This document shows positions 28,897 through 38,357 of a stretch of DNA of 64,000 nucleotides, piece by piece. Source of the DNA: an uncultured archaeon (GTDB taxonomy: Archaea; Iainarchaeota; Iainarchaeia; Iainarchaeales; VGJJ01). The position numbers were made by a program, and so were the translations under genes. The stretch is from the NCBI GenBank assembly GCA_964427715.1, contig CAYRUV010000002.1, positions 149,663 to 213,662 on the forward strand, read 5' to 3'. Each line of letters opens with the position of its first letter. The first letter of the stretch is position 1. The notes under the pieces are model-generated. The model did not search any database, was not told the origin of the DNA, and saw nothing but the letters and a program-made list of their open reading frames with translations.

Positions 28897-29262
28897 TCAG
28901 ATTTCAGATTTCGCCCACTCTTTGACGGCGAAATGCGTGGCCATATTTCGTTTTCCCAGTCGAATCCCATGACGATGGATGATTTTCTTTATCGGCTCGG
29001 GCGCGTTTACTTTGAACGCGAGGCGTTGGGCTTCCTTCCAGTGTTTTCCCGCCGATTCTGTGATGCGATAACTTGCATGCTCTAATTGTCGAGCATCCGC
29101 TAAGCGCATCTTGCGCTCGACTCGTTTTCGTGCCTTGTCCACTTTTTCCAATTGTTGGACTGTCGCATACTGATATCGGTGGGCAATACCACTTTGAAGA
29201 CGAGCCGCGACCAGATGATATCCCAATCGGATCCATCGTGAGGCCTGCTTAACCGCCCTCAT
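28897..29262 (-). CDS. Hypothetical basic helical protein (121 aa)
   Basis: The ATG at 29262 overlaps the upstream stop (ATGA). The protein is rich in R/K/H. I recognised no family. Confidence 0.5.
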   Translation of the reverse strand: MRAVKQASRWIRLGYHLVAARLQSGIAHRYQYATVQQLEKVDKARKRVERKMRLADARQLEHASYRITESAGKHWKEAQRLAFKVNAPEPIKKIIHRHGIRLGKRNMATHFAVKEWAKSEI

Positions 29263-29918
29263 TTCTCTTCGCTCCAATTCAATAGTTCCTTGAGCATGAA
29301 TAGTTGGTCCTGACTCTCCTTGACTTGAACACTGGTTTTATCGATGAGGGATTTGGACACTTCCATCTTCAACTTTCGTTTCTCCTTCGCCTGATTGGCC
29401 AATCCTTTGTGGTTTTGATACACAGGAGAAGTTTTCACGGTTTCCGAGAGTTGATTTCGATAATAAGGGTTGTCCACGACCGCCTGCATCATGGGCCGGT
29501 ATTTCTCATCCGTGAGAATGGAGGGGTGAAAATTCATCTGCTTGGAGTCCGCACGATACTCGGCGTTGGTAAGAGACTGCATCATGTGCTTCCAATACAA
29601 GGGGTCCGCGATCTTCTTAGCGTGTGCCACGGCCTCATTAGAGGAGGCTTGCAAATGCGTCACTTGCCACTGCCATTTTTTCGCGGCGTGATCCTTGTGT
29701 TTCTCTTCCCACTCCTCCACTTGCTGTTTGAGCTTATCACGAGTAGGGTATGCAAGTGCGGGCCACCCTTTCTTTTTGGAATCCACTTCTAACTGCACCA
29801 CTCCTCGCCGTGAGAAATAGGCCTCGAGGGCTTTCTTGCGGCGAGGATTACTCTCCAAGAAAGGCGCCCCGCTGAAGCGCGTTTGGATTTTCTCCATGGA
29901 ATCGAAGACTTCAGGCAT
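29259..29918 (-). CDS. Hypothetical Trp/Lys-rich protein (~219 aa)
   Basis: The track ORF is 29259..30104. The longer forms would cover the divergent promoter and the start of the + gene. Candidate ATGs are at 29930, 29918 and 29897. I recognised no family. Confidence 0.5.
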   Translation of the reverse strand: MPEVFDSMEKIQTRFSGAPFLESNPRRKKALEAYFSRRGVVQLEVDSKKKGWPALAYPTRDKLKQQVEEWEEKHKDHAAKKWQWQVTHLQASSNEAVAHAKKIADPLYWKHMMQSLTNAEYRADSKQMNFHPSILTDEKYRPMMQAVVDNPYYRNQLSETVKTSPVYQNHKGLANQAKEKRKLKMEVSKSLIDKTSVQVKESQDQLFMLKELLNWSEEK

Positions 29919-29944
29919 AGGAACTACCATCCTGAGGGTGCGGG

Positions 29945-29953
29945 CATTTTTAT
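29945..29953. promoter_or_regulatory. Shared A/T box (ATTTTTATT) between divergent genes
   Basis: It lies 23 nt upstream of the ATG at 29976 (+, leaderless spacing) and about 27 nt from the ATG at 29918 (-). Confidence 0.35.
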
Positions 29954-29975
29954 TCTCTCCTCGTTTCATGCGAGG

Positions 29976-32534
29976 ATGAACGCCCGTGCGCAAGGATCCA
30001 CTGAACTCGTCCTCCTCATGGGGGGCGCGGTCCTGATTGCATTTATGGTGGTGTATGTCCTCCTCACCAACACCGAGTCGTTCTCCGCCCCGCTGGAAGA
30101 CCATCTGCTGAACTACGATGAATTGGCCGGGGGAGTATTCTCATCGGAGCCCCCATTGGTTCCCCAACCCCTCGCAGGGAGCGTGTCGCTCCAGAATGGA
30201 GAGGTGGGTTTCGTGTTTCTTGAGGAAAGCGGAAAAGTCTACCTGGATCAAATCATCAAAGACCCGGACAACCCTGGGGCATTTCCCCCGTTTCAGATGA
30301 AGGGACCCTATGTGTGGTATGTTGTAACACGAAAAACCACCGATGCCACCAGCATAGCCGATCTGCGCAGCGATACGGCGAACTGTTTACCGGTGGAATA
30401 CGCGCAGTCTACTTCCTCCGGAAAACAAATCATGGAGATCTACTGGAAAGAGTGCCAAGTTGGAACCAATCCATTGAACAAAATCAATGTTACCCTACAC
30501 GGAGAACTGAAAAATGGGTCCAAACTCGGCGAGTGGAAAATACGCGTGGAAAATAACACGCAAGAGTATGGGATTAATCGCGCCGACTTGGCGTTGTTCA
30601 TTTCCCCAGTGTATACGGATGATCAATTCCTCCTGCCCACGGCCTCCGGGGCACTCATACGGAATCCTTCCCAGTCCATCACGTCTCCATTCAACGCCCC
30701 CAAGAATGCGTTCTGGACCACCTTCACCCAGTTTCACGCCTACTACACGCACGACGATGTGGGATTATTCTTCTCCACCCGCGACCCGAATCATTTTCGC
30801 TCCAAATACAAAGGATATGCCGCGGATGGAAGCAAAATGATGCTCGTCTCCGGTGAATATGGAGAAAACCCTGCTACTTTGAATGATTTCGAATTTCCCT
30901 ATCCTCATATGATTGGTGTGTTTGAGGGAGACTGGTACGATGCCGTGCAACTCCACCGGTCATGGGTGCAAACCACTCCCATCGTGAGTGCGGGGAAACT
31001 CTCCGCGCGCGCGGACATTCCCAACTGGTTCAAAGAAATGGGCGTGCATTTCTTACAAAACTACCACGCGAGCGACTTGGATGTTAGCCAACCCTACGAT
31101 CCGGTCGGATTCTTCACGAAAGTCCATGAATATTATTTGCCGTGCACAGAATACGCATCCAACCCTGTCTCTTGCACTCCTGGGGTGGTTTCCCCCGAGA
31201 AGATGATGGTATTCAATTGGAACTGGACCATGAACGAATACAATGACACCACGGACACATGGTCCTACAACCCCGCAGCGGTTGAAAATATGGCATATGG
31301 GGAGTATGTACCCTACACTACCGTCCCTGCCCTTGCCACCGCTCTCGCCTCGAAAAATGTCCAACTAAGCGGGTACACCCTGAGCTTTGGAACGAGTGTG
31401 AATGGTCCTAGTTATGGTCCTCCAACGAGTTTGTCCACGGAGGCATGCATCAAACCCACTGGGGTTCCCACGCTCGTCACAGAGGGAGCGCCCGTGGGAT
31501 CCAATAATGTTTCGATGATGGACCCTTCCTCGACAAAGTGGAAAAATCACTATGCGAACATCGCCAAAAACAACATGGCCGCGAAAGGAATGAAGGGAAT
31601 TTACTTGGACAATCCCTATTGGGTCGGCCAGGGATGCTACAATCCCACAGCTACTCACAATAAGGGACAGGGAGGCACGTACATCTTTGAAGGATACAAG
31701 AATCTCATGAACCAAATACGCTCTACCGCCCGACAAGTGGATCCCGAATTTGTATTATTTTTTGAGCAGGGAATCGAAACCTATCTTTCATCCGCGGACG
31801 GATTCTCCAACTATGGACAAAGTGATCCCCCGTTGGATTTTGCCACTCCGAGCGCACAAACTTCGGTGCCACTCATGGAGACATTATACCACGATTACAT
31901 TCCTTTCCTCGTGGGAAACGAATACCCGAGTGCGGCTCTGCAAAATTATAGCGCCTACAACGGGAACTCCCTCAAATTCCAAGAGGCCATGGCCGCGATG
32001 TTGAGCGCAGGATATATTCGAGGAAAAATTCCATTCTCGTCCGAACCCTACATGCTTGCAGGAGGAGCGTTGCACGATGGGGACGCGAGCAACTTTGATT
32101 TGTTTACAGAATACCTCAAGCTCCTTGTGAAAGTGAGAAAGGGCGAAGCGAAAAAGTATTTGGTGTATGGACAGCTCATCCGACCGCTTTCCTCGAATCA
32201 ATTGGGAGTAGGGGCGGATTATTCCTACACCATCACGAGCAATCCTCCGGGGGAAACATTCAATCATTCTCAACCACCGGTATTACACTCCGTGTGGAGG
32301 GCTGCAGATGGAAAAATGGGAGTATTATTGCTCAACTACACCAATGACATCCAAAACGTCGCGCTGAATATCGACTTCTCCACGTATGGGTTTTCTTCTG
32401 CCCCAACTGTGAAGCAGTTGAACCTTTCCAATCCCAATGCGCACGTTTCACAAATCGTGTTCCAGCCCCTAGCTGCTCTTCCACCCATCCTATCGATGCC
32501 CCCGCGCAGCGTGGCATTCTACGAATTCTCCTAA
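29976..32534 (+). CDS. Large exoprotein with an archaeal class III (prepilin-like) signal peptide and an enzyme-like (possibly glycoside-hydrolase-like) ectodomain
   Basis: From the ATG at 29976: MNARA|QGSTELVLLMGGAVLIAFMVVYVLL, an exact QxSxExxxL match followed by a hydrophobic helix. The mature part is ~820 aa with motifs GDWYDAVQLHRSW, IYLDNPYW and LFFEQG. The fold assignment is a guess. Confidence 0.6.
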   Translation: MNARAQGSTELVLLMGGAVLIAFMVVYVLLTNTESFSAPLEDHLLNYDELAGGVFSSEPPLVPQPLAGSVSLQNGEVGFVFLEESGKVYLDQIIKDPDNPGAFPPFQMKGPYVWYVVTRKTTDATSIADLRSDTANCLPVEYAQSTSSGKQIMEIYWKECQVGTNPLNKINVTLHGELKNGSKLGEWKIRVENNTQEYGINRADLALFISPVYTDDQFLLPTASGALIRNPSQSITSPFNAPKNAFWTTFTQFHAYYTHDDVGLFFSTRDPNHFRSKYKGYAADGSKMMLVSGEYGENPATLNDFEFPYPHMIGVFEGDWYDAVQLHRSWVQTTPIVSAGKLSARADIPNWFKEMGVHFLQNYHASDLDVSQPYDPVGFFTKVHEYYLPCTEYASNPVSCTPGVVSPEKMMVFNWNWTMNEYNDTTDTWSYNPAAVENMAYGEYVPYTTVPALATALASKNVQLSGYTLSFGTSVNGPSYGPPTSLSTEACIKPTGVPTLVTEGAPVGSNNVSMMDPSSTKWKNHYANIAKNNMAAKGMKGIYLDNPYWVGQGCYNPTATHNKGQGGTYIFEGYKNLMNQIRSTARQVDPEFVLFFEQGIETYLSSADGFSNYGQSDPPLDFATPSAQTSVPLMETLYHDYIPFLVGNEYPSAALQNYSAYNGNSLKFQEAMAAMLSAGYIRGKIPFSSEPYMLAGGALHDGDASNFDLFTEYLKLLVKVRKGEAKKYLVYGQLIRPLSSNQLGVGADYSYTITSNPPGETFNHSQPPVLHSVWRAADGKMGVLLLNYTNDIQNVALNIDFSTYGFSSAPTVKQLNLSNPNAHVSQIVFQPLAALPPILSMPPRSVAFYEFS

Positions 32535-32588
32535 ATTCCCTTGTTGAGAGTGGGAGAAATAAAAACCGGACGGACATTAGTTGAGAAT

Positions 32589-32933
32589 ATGATCCCCGGA
32601 CTCGGCGGAATGAATCCCGCCCAAATGAAAGCCATGATGCGCCAATTTGGCATCAAGAGCGAAGAATTGGAAGCTACGAAAGTCATCATTGAGACTTCAG
32701 ACGGGAAGCGACTCGTATTCGACTCTCCTCAGGTCACTGCCGTGGACATGAAGGGACAAAAAACCTACACGATTGTAGGGGAAGCCACGGAAGAAGCCGG
32801 AAAACTAATTATTTCAGACGAAGACATTGAGATGGTTGCCCAACAAGCGAGCGTTTCACACGGAATGGCCAAGAAGGCACTCGAAGAAACGAACGGGGAC
32901 ATCGCCGAAGCGATTGCGTCCCTCAAGAAATAA
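32589..32933 (+). CDS. nac: Nascent polypeptide-associated complex protein (NAC)
   Basis: MNPAQMKAMMRQFGI, a NAC beta-barrel and a C-terminal UBA-like region (SHGMAKKALEETNGDIAEAI). Confidence 0.85.
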   Translation: MIPGLGGMNPAQMKAMMRQFGIKSEELEATKVIIETSDGKRLVFDSPQVTAVDMKGQKTYTIVGEATEEAGKLIISDEDIEMVAQQASVSHGMAKKALEETNGDIAEAIASLKK

Positions 32934-32945
32934 ATTTTTCTAACT

Positions 32946-33101
32946 CTACCGCTTTTTTCGCGACTTGACTTCCATCCGCTCAACGGACTTGGGAGCTCCC
33001 CATGAGGAAACTCGTTGCAGCACGACAATCTGCAAAAGGATGAGGAGAACCTGCGCCAAGAAAAGGAGCATCAGGTCGGGTCTCGAATAGAACACGCTCA
33101 T
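32946..33101 (-). CDS. Possible 51-aa single-TM peptide
   Basis: Hand translation gives MSVFYSRPDLMLLFLAQVLLILLQIVVLQRVSSWGAPKSVERMEVKSRKKR. It starts 7 nt after the preceding small ORF. Confidence 0.25.
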   Translation of the reverse strand: MSVFYSRPDLMLLFLAQVLLILLQIVVLQRVSSWGAPKSVERMEVKSRKKR

Positions 33102-33107
33102 ACTTTT

Positions 33108-33218
33108 TTATCTCCGCGAGTGGTGCTTCGACATCCGGTAGAGGATGAGAATACTCAACACGATGGACACAGTCTGTCCTAAGAAAATCAACAATTCGCC
33201 CATGGAAAGGAATGGCAT
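33108..33218 (-). CDS. Possible 36-aa single-TM peptide
   Basis: Hand translation gives MPFLSMGELLIFLGQTVSIVLSILILYRMSKHHSRR. GAGGTG lies 8 nt upstream, and TTTAAATA lies 38-45 nt upstream. Confidence 0.3.
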   Translation of the reverse strand: MPFLSMGELLIFLGQTVSIVLSILILYRMSKHHSRR

Positions 33219-33255
33219 GACATACACCTCAATGAGGTAGCCGACCAAATCCTCC

Positions 33256-33263
33256 TATTTAAA
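33256..33263 (-). promoter_or_regulatory. TATA box (TTTAAATA on the minus strand) upstream of the small-peptide ORFs
   Basis: The + strand reads tatttaaa, a consensus archaeal TATA on the minus strand, immediately downstream of the stop of the 464-aa gene. Confidence 0.35.
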
Positions 33264-33270
33264 CCTGCGG

Positions 33271-34665
33271 TCACGCCGTCGAATTGACATCCACCGGAGT
33301 CATCTCGACCCCGTTGATGTACGTGAGGGTGCCGTCTTGAGCGATGGCGCTGATCTGCATCAACACACTCTCCCCAATCACGTGGCCGGGCTTCACCACC
33401 ACGGGAACGAGGCCATTGGGCACGTCATATGTGGTGTTGGTGTCCGGATTGGTGACCGTGGACAATTCAATCTGACCATTCTGGTAAATATCCACACTCG
33501 CCCCGATGGAAGTGAAGTATTCCACCAATGTAACCTGCGCTTGCGTCTCGTTAGCGATGGGAATGTTCACGTCCACGAGGAATTGCGTCAGGGGCTCCTG
33601 GAATGTTATTTCTACATTCGTCGCAGCGGCCGATTCGATAGCCGTTTGGAGTTCCGCTTTCGCCTGCGCAAGAGAAATGTTTCCCAACTCCACATTCAAC
33701 GTGTCGTTGAACCCATTCACGCTGAGGAATTTGTCCGAATGCAATAATGCATACGCATTCAAGTCATCCACGTACGCATTGGCGTCCGTGAAATTCAATG
33801 AAAGTAAATTATCGATGAGCGGAATAATCGGCTCATCCACGAAAACAATACCCGGAATCGCCTCCACATCGGCTTGCAGCGCCGCGGCATCAAACGAGGG
33901 GATGTAATTCCACGTCCCGGCGATGGAATACTTGTCCGAGAGGGATGCAATCGTGTACTCTTCGGTCAATGAAATAGGAGTGGGGGTGAGAGAGACGTTC
34001 TGGTTCTCCAGCATGTACGCACTCACAATACTTTCTCCCTGGAATGTGACTGAAACCGCCCCTGAGATGTCGTGTCCCTTCTGCGTTTGGGGGGAAACGA
34101 TGGCTTGAATCGTTGTTTGCGTGAGCGTAATCTCCTTGCTCTCATTCGACTGATTGGTTCCCGTCAATTTCTGCGGAACGGAAACCGACGCCTGGAAATA
34201 AACCTCCGGGGCGCTCAACATGGTGAACGATGACACGGCCTGCGCGAAGGCTTCCTTGTCAGCTAAATCGGAAAGTTGTACATTAGCTAAATACGTCAGC
34301 TCGTTACTCGTGGAATCCAACTGCGTGAAGCGCGATTCGATATTTTGAACGCCGGGAAAACTTCCCAGTTCTTCATCCAAGACACTCTTGTCGGTGATGG
34401 TGGTGTTACCCCCCACGATGGCGGAGGGTAAAACTAGCGTGACCTTTCCTTGCACGTCCTGCACGATGAACGTGTCCAAGTTCGGCGTCGGAGCGTTGGG
34501 GGAATCCGTATTGGTATCCGTGGCTTGAGAGGCCAAAAACACGGCCGCACCCGAGAGAAGCATCAATACAATGATGAGCCCAGCCCCTATTCGCATGGCC
34601 AAACTGGGCCCCTGCTTCGTGGGAACGGGGGAAATCTTGGGGGGTGCCGGGGTGGTCGAATCCAT
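33271..34665 (-). CDS. N-terminally anchored surface protein, rich in N-glycosylation sequons
   Basis: One N-terminal TM (MRIGAGLIIVLMLLSGAAVFLA) followed by a Thr/Ser/Asn/Gln-rich ectodomain with many NxS/T sequons. The start may instead be the internal Met at 34596. Confidence 0.6.
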   Translation of the reverse strand: MDSTTPAPPKISPVPTKQGPSLAMRIGAGLIIVLMLLSGAAVFLASQATDTNTDSPNAPTPNLDTFIVQDVQGKVTLVLPSAIVGGNTTITDKSVLDEELGSFPGVQNIESRFTQLDSTSNELTYLANVQLSDLADKEAFAQAVSSFTMLSAPEVYFQASVSVPQKLTGTNQSNESKEITLTQTTIQAIVSPQTQKGHDISGAVSVTFQGESIVSAYMLENQNVSLTPTPISLTEEYTIASLSDKYSIAGTWNYIPSFDAAALQADVEAIPGIVFVDEPIIPLIDNLLSLNFTDANAYVDDLNAYALLHSDKFLSVNGFNDTLNVELGNISLAQAKAELQTAIESAAATNVEITFQEPLTQFLVDVNIPIANETQAQVTLVEYFTSIGASVDIYQNGQIELSTVTNPDTNTTYDVPNGLVPVVVKPGHVIGESVLMQISAIAQDGTLTYINGVEMTPVDVNSTA

Positions 34666-34752
34666 AGTAAAAAGCCTCTTTTTCCCCTTGAGTGCCCGAA
34701 AAGGGTTAAAAAACGCTTGCCGGGGGGTTTGAGTGTAAGGAGTGAATTATCC

Positions 34753-35478
34753 ATGCAAAAAGGGGAACTCATCAGCATCGCATTTACGGGAAAAGACGCC
34801 TCCACGGGGAAAGTCTTTGACACCACCGACCAGGATGTCGCCAAGAAGGAAGGATTAGAGACCCAAGGAAAGAACTTTGGACCTGTTCCCATCATCGTGG
34901 GACAGGGAGAAATCCTCCCCGGACTGGACGAATCATTGCTCTCCATGAAAGTAGGGGATTCGAAGAAAATCACCCTCGAAGCCGCCAAGGCATTTGGGGA
35001 ACGAAACCCCCAATTGGTGAGAGTTCTCCCCCTGAGCGAGTTCAAGAAGAACAACATCTCCCCCGTGCCGGGAACCATCGTGAACGCCAATGACATGCTC
35101 GGAAAAGTCCAAAGTGTATCGGGCGGACGCGTCCGCGTGGACTTCAACCCGGACTTGGCCGGAAAGACCGTTGAGTATGAGCTAAAGGTCGTCAAGCACT
35201 ACACGGAAAGCAAAGACCAATTGGACGCCCTCGTCAAGAAGGCCTTCCCCGCGTGGGAGAAGCCCCAGGTCAAGCACGAAAAGGACATCGTCGAGCTCAT
35301 CGCCCCCATCAAAGAGATGACAAAAATTCAGCGATACGTCCCGGGATTCGCCAAGCTCGTATTGGAAGTCGTGAAGGGAACCAAGGAAATCAAGGTCACC
35401 ACCTTATTCGTGGCCGAGGACTTCAAACGCATGCACACGCACGCGGATGGATCCGAGCATTGGGATAACCACGAATAA
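34753..35478 (+). CDS. FKBP-type peptidyl-prolyl isomerase (long archaeal SlyD-like type)
   Basis: GKVFDTT.., GQGEILPGLDESLLSMKVGD and an IF-insert. I trimmed the track ORF (start 34450), which overlaps the divergent gene. Confidence 0.85.
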   Translation: MQKGELISIAFTGKDASTGKVFDTTDQDVAKKEGLETQGKNFGPVPIIVGQGEILPGLDESLLSMKVGDSKKITLEAAKAFGERNPQLVRVLPLSEFKKNNISPVPGTIVNANDMLGKVQSVSGGRVRVDFNPDLAGKTVEYELKVVKHYTESKDQLDALVKKAFPAWEKPQVKHEKDIVELIAPIKEMTKIQRYVPGFAKLVLEVVKGTKEIKVTTLFVAEDFKRMHTHADGSEHWDNHE

Positions 35479-35487
35479 CCAGGAAGA

Positions 35488-35547
35488 GCGCCCTTTCTCC
35501 CGTAATGTAGCCGAACAAAGCGACATTATTTTTAAAGAGAAAGGCGC
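35488..35547. repeat. Inverted repeat GCGCCCTTTCTC / GAGAAAGGCGC between the FKBP and psmB genes
   Basis: The arms are at 35488-35499 and 35537-35547, with one extra C in the left arm. The right arm abuts the TTTTTAAA box upstream of psmB. Confidence 0.4.
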
Positions 35548-35599
35548 ATCCCTACCTTATACTCCTGATTTTTAGAGGACCTTTTACCAGGGTTTACTC

Positions 35600-36235
35600 A
35601 TGACCAATGCAAACACCATCAAGAAAACCGGAACCACTACATTAGGCATCAAAACCAAAGACGCCGTCATCCTTGCCGCCGACCAAAAAGCCACCATGGG
35701 TTATTTTGCGGCCGAATTAGATTCGAGAAAAGTCTACAAATTATCTGATCGAATTGGAATCACCATCGCCGGAGGATCCGGAGACGCCCAAACACTGGTA
35801 CGATTTTTGCGCTCACAAGCTAAGTTGTTTGAGATTGAACGCGACAACAAGATAACCACGAAAGCACTCGTAACGTTTATCGCCAACATCCTTTCAGGAA
35901 ATAGGTATTATCCTTTCATGGTCCAATTCATCGTGGGTGGACACACGGGAACGCCGGCGTTGTTCTCCATGGATGCAGTGGGTGGAACCGCGGATGTATC
36001 CGATTACACCGTAACTGGATCCGGAAGCGAATTCGCCATGGGGGTATTAGACTCCATGTATGACCCATCCATGAAGAAAGAAGACGCCATGAAACTCGCA
36101 GTGAAGGCTATTACGGCCTCCAAGAAGCGCGACATCATGTCGGGCGGAAACAGCATCACCATGATGGTCATTGATTCCAATGGAATCCAAGAAGTTCCCA
36201 AGAAAGACGTGGAAAAACTCATCGCCGCGATGTGA
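35600..36235 (+). CDS. psmB: Proteasome beta subunit
   Basis: A propeptide followed by the catalytic TGTTTLGIK motif; 211 aa. Confidence 0.92.
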   Translation: MTNANTIKKTGTTTLGIKTKDAVILAADQKATMGYFAAELDSRKVYKLSDRIGITIAGGSGDAQTLVRFLRSQAKLFEIERDNKITTKALVTFIANILSGNRYYPFMVQFIVGGHTGTPALFSMDAVGGTADVSDYTVTGSGSEFAMGVLDSMYDPSMKKEDAMKLAVKAITASKKRDIMSGGNSITMMVIDSNGIQEVPKKDVEKLIAAM

Positions 36236-36365
36236 ACCCTTCACATCCGCGCGAAAAATAACTATTTCCATTTCTTTTTTTCATCACACTCACCCGCCCT
36301 TTCTTGAATGAGAAAGGACGAATGACCTTTTCGCATCAAATGCGAAAAAAGAAGTTGAACATACT

Positions 36366-38330
36366 ATGCCATCGAACCAAAAAATAGACGAAACGACGGG
36401 AAAGCCCATCAAGAACGCTCAACCTGCAGCCCCGCGCATGGACATGGCCGAATTGGAGAAGTATGTGTGGGAAAAAATCCCCAAAACCGCCCAAGTGTCC
36501 AATGTTGATTTTGAAGGACCGGAAATTATCCTCTACACCAAGAACCCCAAGGCATTCTTCTCCTCCCCCGAGAACGTCGTCGCTAAAATCGCCTTTGAAT
36601 TGAAGAAAAAAATCTCGGTGCGCTGCGACAAGAGCATGCTCATGGACCCTTCCACTGCGAAGAAGAAAATTGAAGGGATGATCCCCGTTGAAGCCGGAGT
36701 GAAAAACATCACCTTCGTGGATGCGTTCCATCAAGTTGTGATTGAAGCCGACAAACCCGGCTTGGTGATTGGAAAAGGCGGAGAAACCAGCAAGGGAATC
36801 GTCATGAACACGGGATGGACTCCCAAGATTGTTCGCGCCCCTACCTCTGATAGTGAATTCCTCCAAGGAATCCGATACCACCTCAACAAGCACGCCGCGG
36901 AACGCAAAAAATTCCTCCAAGAGATTGCTCAACGTATTTACCGAAAGAATTCCTCCAAGCACGATTGGGTGCGCCTGACCGGATTGGGTGCCTTTCGTGA
37001 GATTGGACGAAGCTGCATGCTCGTGGATACTCCCCTTTCTAAAGTCATGATGGACTGCGGAATTAACCCGGGGAACAAAGATGACCCGTATCCGTATTTG
37101 GACGCATTGAATTTTCCCTTATCCGAATTAGACGCACTGGTTATCTCCCACGCGCACATGGATCATCAGGGATTTGCTCCGTATTTGTATCGAATGGGAT
37201 ACCGCGGACCCTTGTATTGTACCGAACCCACGCGCGATCTGATGGTATTATTGCAGTTCGACTATGTGGATGTCGCACTCAAACAAGGTGTTGAACCCCC
37301 CTACACCGAAAAGGACGTCAAAGAGCTACTGAAGCATGTTATCGTGAGAGATTACCGCGAAACTACCGACATTACTTCGGACATGCGTGTTACGTTCTTC
37401 AACGCCTCCCACATTTTGGGAAGCTCCTCCGTTCACTTGCATGTCGGAGATGGGGGACACAACATCGTGTACTCGGCGGATATGAAATACGGATTTACTC
37501 GCTTGTTTGATCCCATGGACCTCAACTATCCGCGAGTGGAGACCCTCATCCTTGAGTCTACGTACGGGGGAGAGAACGACATCCAACCTCCTCGTGAGCA
37601 GGACGACATGAAACTGCTGAAGATTATCCAGGACACCCTCAAGAAAGATGGAAACGTCCTCATCCCTGTGTTTGCCATCGGACGCGGACAGGAAGTCACG
37701 CTTGTCATTGAGGATTTGTATCGAAAGGGACTCCTGCCCGAGGCTAAGGTCTACGTCGATGGACTCACACGCGAAGCGAGCGCCATTCACACCGCCTATC
37801 CTGAATACTTGAAGCAGAACATCCAGCGACGCATACTCAGTAATGATTCCCCGTTTACCTCCCCTTTGTTCCACCTGGTCTCGGGTAAAGATAGAGATCA
37901 AGTGTTGAAGGATGGAAAGGCCATCATCCTTGCGTCGAGCGGAATGCTCAACGGGGGAGCCAGCTTGGATTATTTCTACCGCATGGCAGACGATGAACGA
38001 AATGCCTTGGTGTTCACGGGATACCAAGGAGACGGTACGCTCGGACGAAAACTCCAGGGCGGTATTCGAAACATTCCGGTCGCCGGAGCGGATGGACGAA
38101 CCAAGGAATTGAACGTCAAGCTGCGCGTGGAAAGCCTGGAAGGGTATTCCGGTCACTCGGATCGAAACCAGTTGGTTTCCTACATCCGCAACATTAATCC
38201 CAAGCCTAAACGAATCATTATCGACCATGGTAACAAGGTCAAGACGGTGGCGTTCGCCAAGTTTGTCACCCAGAAGTTCGGAATCTCCTCCACGGCGATT
38301 CGAAACCTCGACACGATGCGACTGCGTTAA
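36366..38330 (+). CDS. aCPSF1/FttA-type beta-CASP ribonuclease (KH + metallo-beta-lactamase)
   Basis: N-terminal KH-like domains (GLVIGKGGETSKGI), HAHMDHQG and a beta-CASP C-terminal region; 654 aa. Confidence 0.9.
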   Translation: MPSNQKIDETTGKPIKNAQPAAPRMDMAELEKYVWEKIPKTAQVSNVDFEGPEIILYTKNPKAFFSSPENVVAKIAFELKKKISVRCDKSMLMDPSTAKKKIEGMIPVEAGVKNITFVDAFHQVVIEADKPGLVIGKGGETSKGIVMNTGWTPKIVRAPTSDSEFLQGIRYHLNKHAAERKKFLQEIAQRIYRKNSSKHDWVRLTGLGAFREIGRSCMLVDTPLSKVMMDCGINPGNKDDPYPYLDALNFPLSELDALVISHAHMDHQGFAPYLYRMGYRGPLYCTEPTRDLMVLLQFDYVDVALKQGVEPPYTEKDVKELLKHVIVRDYRETTDITSDMRVTFFNASHILGSSSVHLHVGDGGHNIVYSADMKYGFTRLFDPMDLNYPRVETLILESTYGGENDIQPPREQDDMKLLKIIQDTLKKDGNVLIPVFAIGRGQEVTLVIEDLYRKGLLPEAKVYVDGLTREASAIHTAYPEYLKQNIQRRILSNDSPFTSPLFHLVSGKDRDQVLKDGKAIILASSGMLNGGASLDYFYRMADDERNALVFTGYQGDGTLGRKLQGGIRNIPVAGADGRTKELNVKLRVESLEGYSGHSDRNQLVSYIRNINPKPKRIIIDHGNKVKTVAFAKFVTQKFGISSTAIRNLDTMRLR

Positions 38331-38357
38331 TAAAAATAAGTTGCTCCCTGCTTTGTT

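Noticed and set aside
34450-34752. N-terminal extension of the FKBP ORF.
   Set aside because: It overlaps the 5' end of the divergent surface-protein gene and is Arg/Gly-rich junk. The FKBP domain begins right after the ATG at 34753.
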